Source of the DNA: Felis catus
Lineage: Eukaryota
Direction: 5' to 3'
Length of the DNA: 64,000 nucleotides
Assembly (NCBI RefSeq): GCF_018350175.1
Contig: NC_058368.1
Coordinates: 7,750,001 to 7,814,000 of the forward strand
Part shown: one piece after another, positions 62,420-64,000 of the stretch
How the letters are laid out: each line of letters begins with the position of its first letter
Numbering within the stretch: the stretch's first letter is position 1
Notes under the pieces: generated by a model
Database searches by the model: none
Told to the model about the DNA's origin: nothing
The model's input: only the letters and a program-made list of their open reading frames with translations
Made by a program: the position numbers and the translations under genes

Positions 62420-64000
62420 GTAAGTTGAGTGACTATTTCCAGTGAGTTCCAGAGAACATATCCGTAAACACCATTTGCTATTAGTTCATCAGAACTGAAA
62501 TTGTATACTTAAATGGTTCACATTTGGACACATTATGGGTTTTGTGTTGTCGGTTTTGGTACCATAGATCAAATTTGTAGTTGAAAATTTTAAAGCAAAA
62601 TTTAAATATGAACAAAAATTATATATGAGCATGTGTAAAAGCACACAAATTTAAAGGAGAAAATGGTTTCTTATAAAAAAGATCTACTTGGACCGTAGTA
62701 TTTCCCTATTTTTTAAAGTCAGTAATAATGCTGTTTCATTCAAAAGCTTCTGTAAAAACATCAGAAATAGAATATTTATATGTATATATGCTTCGAAGTC
62801 TTAATTTTATAGGAAATTTCTAAAAAATAATTCTGTATCATTCTAAATGTAAGTTTAGATGTATTGCCTTTCCAGTGTTTGATTATAAATCTATTGTAGT
62901 AGTTTTAAATTGGGTGAAGTATAAACAGTAGTAGGAAAGAAATGCATTAGGGGTCATCGAGGTAGAGAAAATCGTACTTTTCTTTTTTTTCCCACATTTA
63001 CCCATAATGGCAGAAGAATTTGAGCAAATGCATTTGTACACCAGGGGTCCTGAGGTGTAGTTTACAGTGACCCTTTGTGAACCATTTTCTTTGAAGTCCC
63101 CTTTTTCATTTTAAAAATTAATGCAACTTTTGCACTCCATCACATTAACATTTACTTTAATATAACAATATGAAAAACTTCTTGGATAAATAACATCATC
63201 CCTCCCTACTACTCTGTACCTTAATTAGGAAACCAAGGTATGGAGAATTATGTTGAATTTATATTAAGTGATAAAGTGGGTTATGTTGTGTTGATAAACT
63301 GTTTGAACTGCTCACACAGATTATGTTTCTAGAACCTATGCCGGATAATGACCACTTAGCCTTGAATGTTTCAAAAAACAGAAACAAAATGAATTACGGA
63401 TATACTAATGCAAGCCAAAAAGTCCACCTGGATCAGCCTGGAACTAGTTCTGCCTCCAGAGCTTAATCCAGTTAGTGAGATGGATCATTGGTTTTGATAC
63501 CGCCATTGAAATCAAGGATCTTTTTGAGATGCAGAATGAGAGAAGATGTTGATAATTCTATGGAACAGAGCGTATAAAGTATCGAGTGCACTTAGAGGCG
63601 GAATAACCTTGTGTTGCGAGGCTTTTATCAGAGCCTCCTTCTGCCACCTTTTTCTCTCTTGCTCTCTTTCTTCCTACTCCTCTCCCCTTCCCTTTCAACT
63701 CCTTCCCCCTCACCTGTCCCCTTACCTTTTCTTCTACTTTGGCTCTTTCTAGGTTCAGTTGAATTTGTAAACATTTTCCCTTCTTCCGTAGAGAGCAGTG
63801 TCACAGTTGAACATCCCTGGTAGCCTAAAAGTTTTACTTGTAAGTAATGTGCTATGATTTTTCTCCCATTGAGGTGTGTTCACATTGTTGACATGAACAT
63901 AATCTACGTGTCAGCTGTACACGTAAACTTTCTTAAAGATTGTCCAGACTTCTGAGCAGTGTTTCATAAAGCACGCACGAGAATGGTGTCCGTATGCCAG

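Overview
Mammalian genomic DNA, almost certainly felid (numerous young SINEC_Fc-type CAN-SINEs and carnivore L1s). The window holds the CpG-island promoter and first six coding exons (+ strand) of PAN3, the regulatory subunit of the PAN2-PAN3 deadenylase: exon 1 CDS 3513-3948 (CCCH zinc finger), exon 2 22406-22527, exon 3 23279-23345, exon 4 25204-25274, symmetric exon 5 40915-41076 and exon 6 62272-62419 (PAM2 motif). All introns are GT-AG with consistent phases, and the gene continues beyond the window. The rest is intron filled with about 30 CAN-SINEs, L1, MLT1, Tigger/MER, MIR and L2 remnants, microsatellites and an ~810-bp CT tract. I see no unambiguous new gene or system. The best leads are post-transcriptional: a uORF whose stop overlaps the PAN3 start codon (ATGA); a U1-mimic sequence and an 11-bp direct repeat bracketing exon 4; a U12-like donor on intron 2; a cassette exon that changes the flank of the PAM2 motif; and inverted SINE pairs suited to circRNA formation. 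Comparisons with human PAN3 and repeat-family names are from recall, not from a search.
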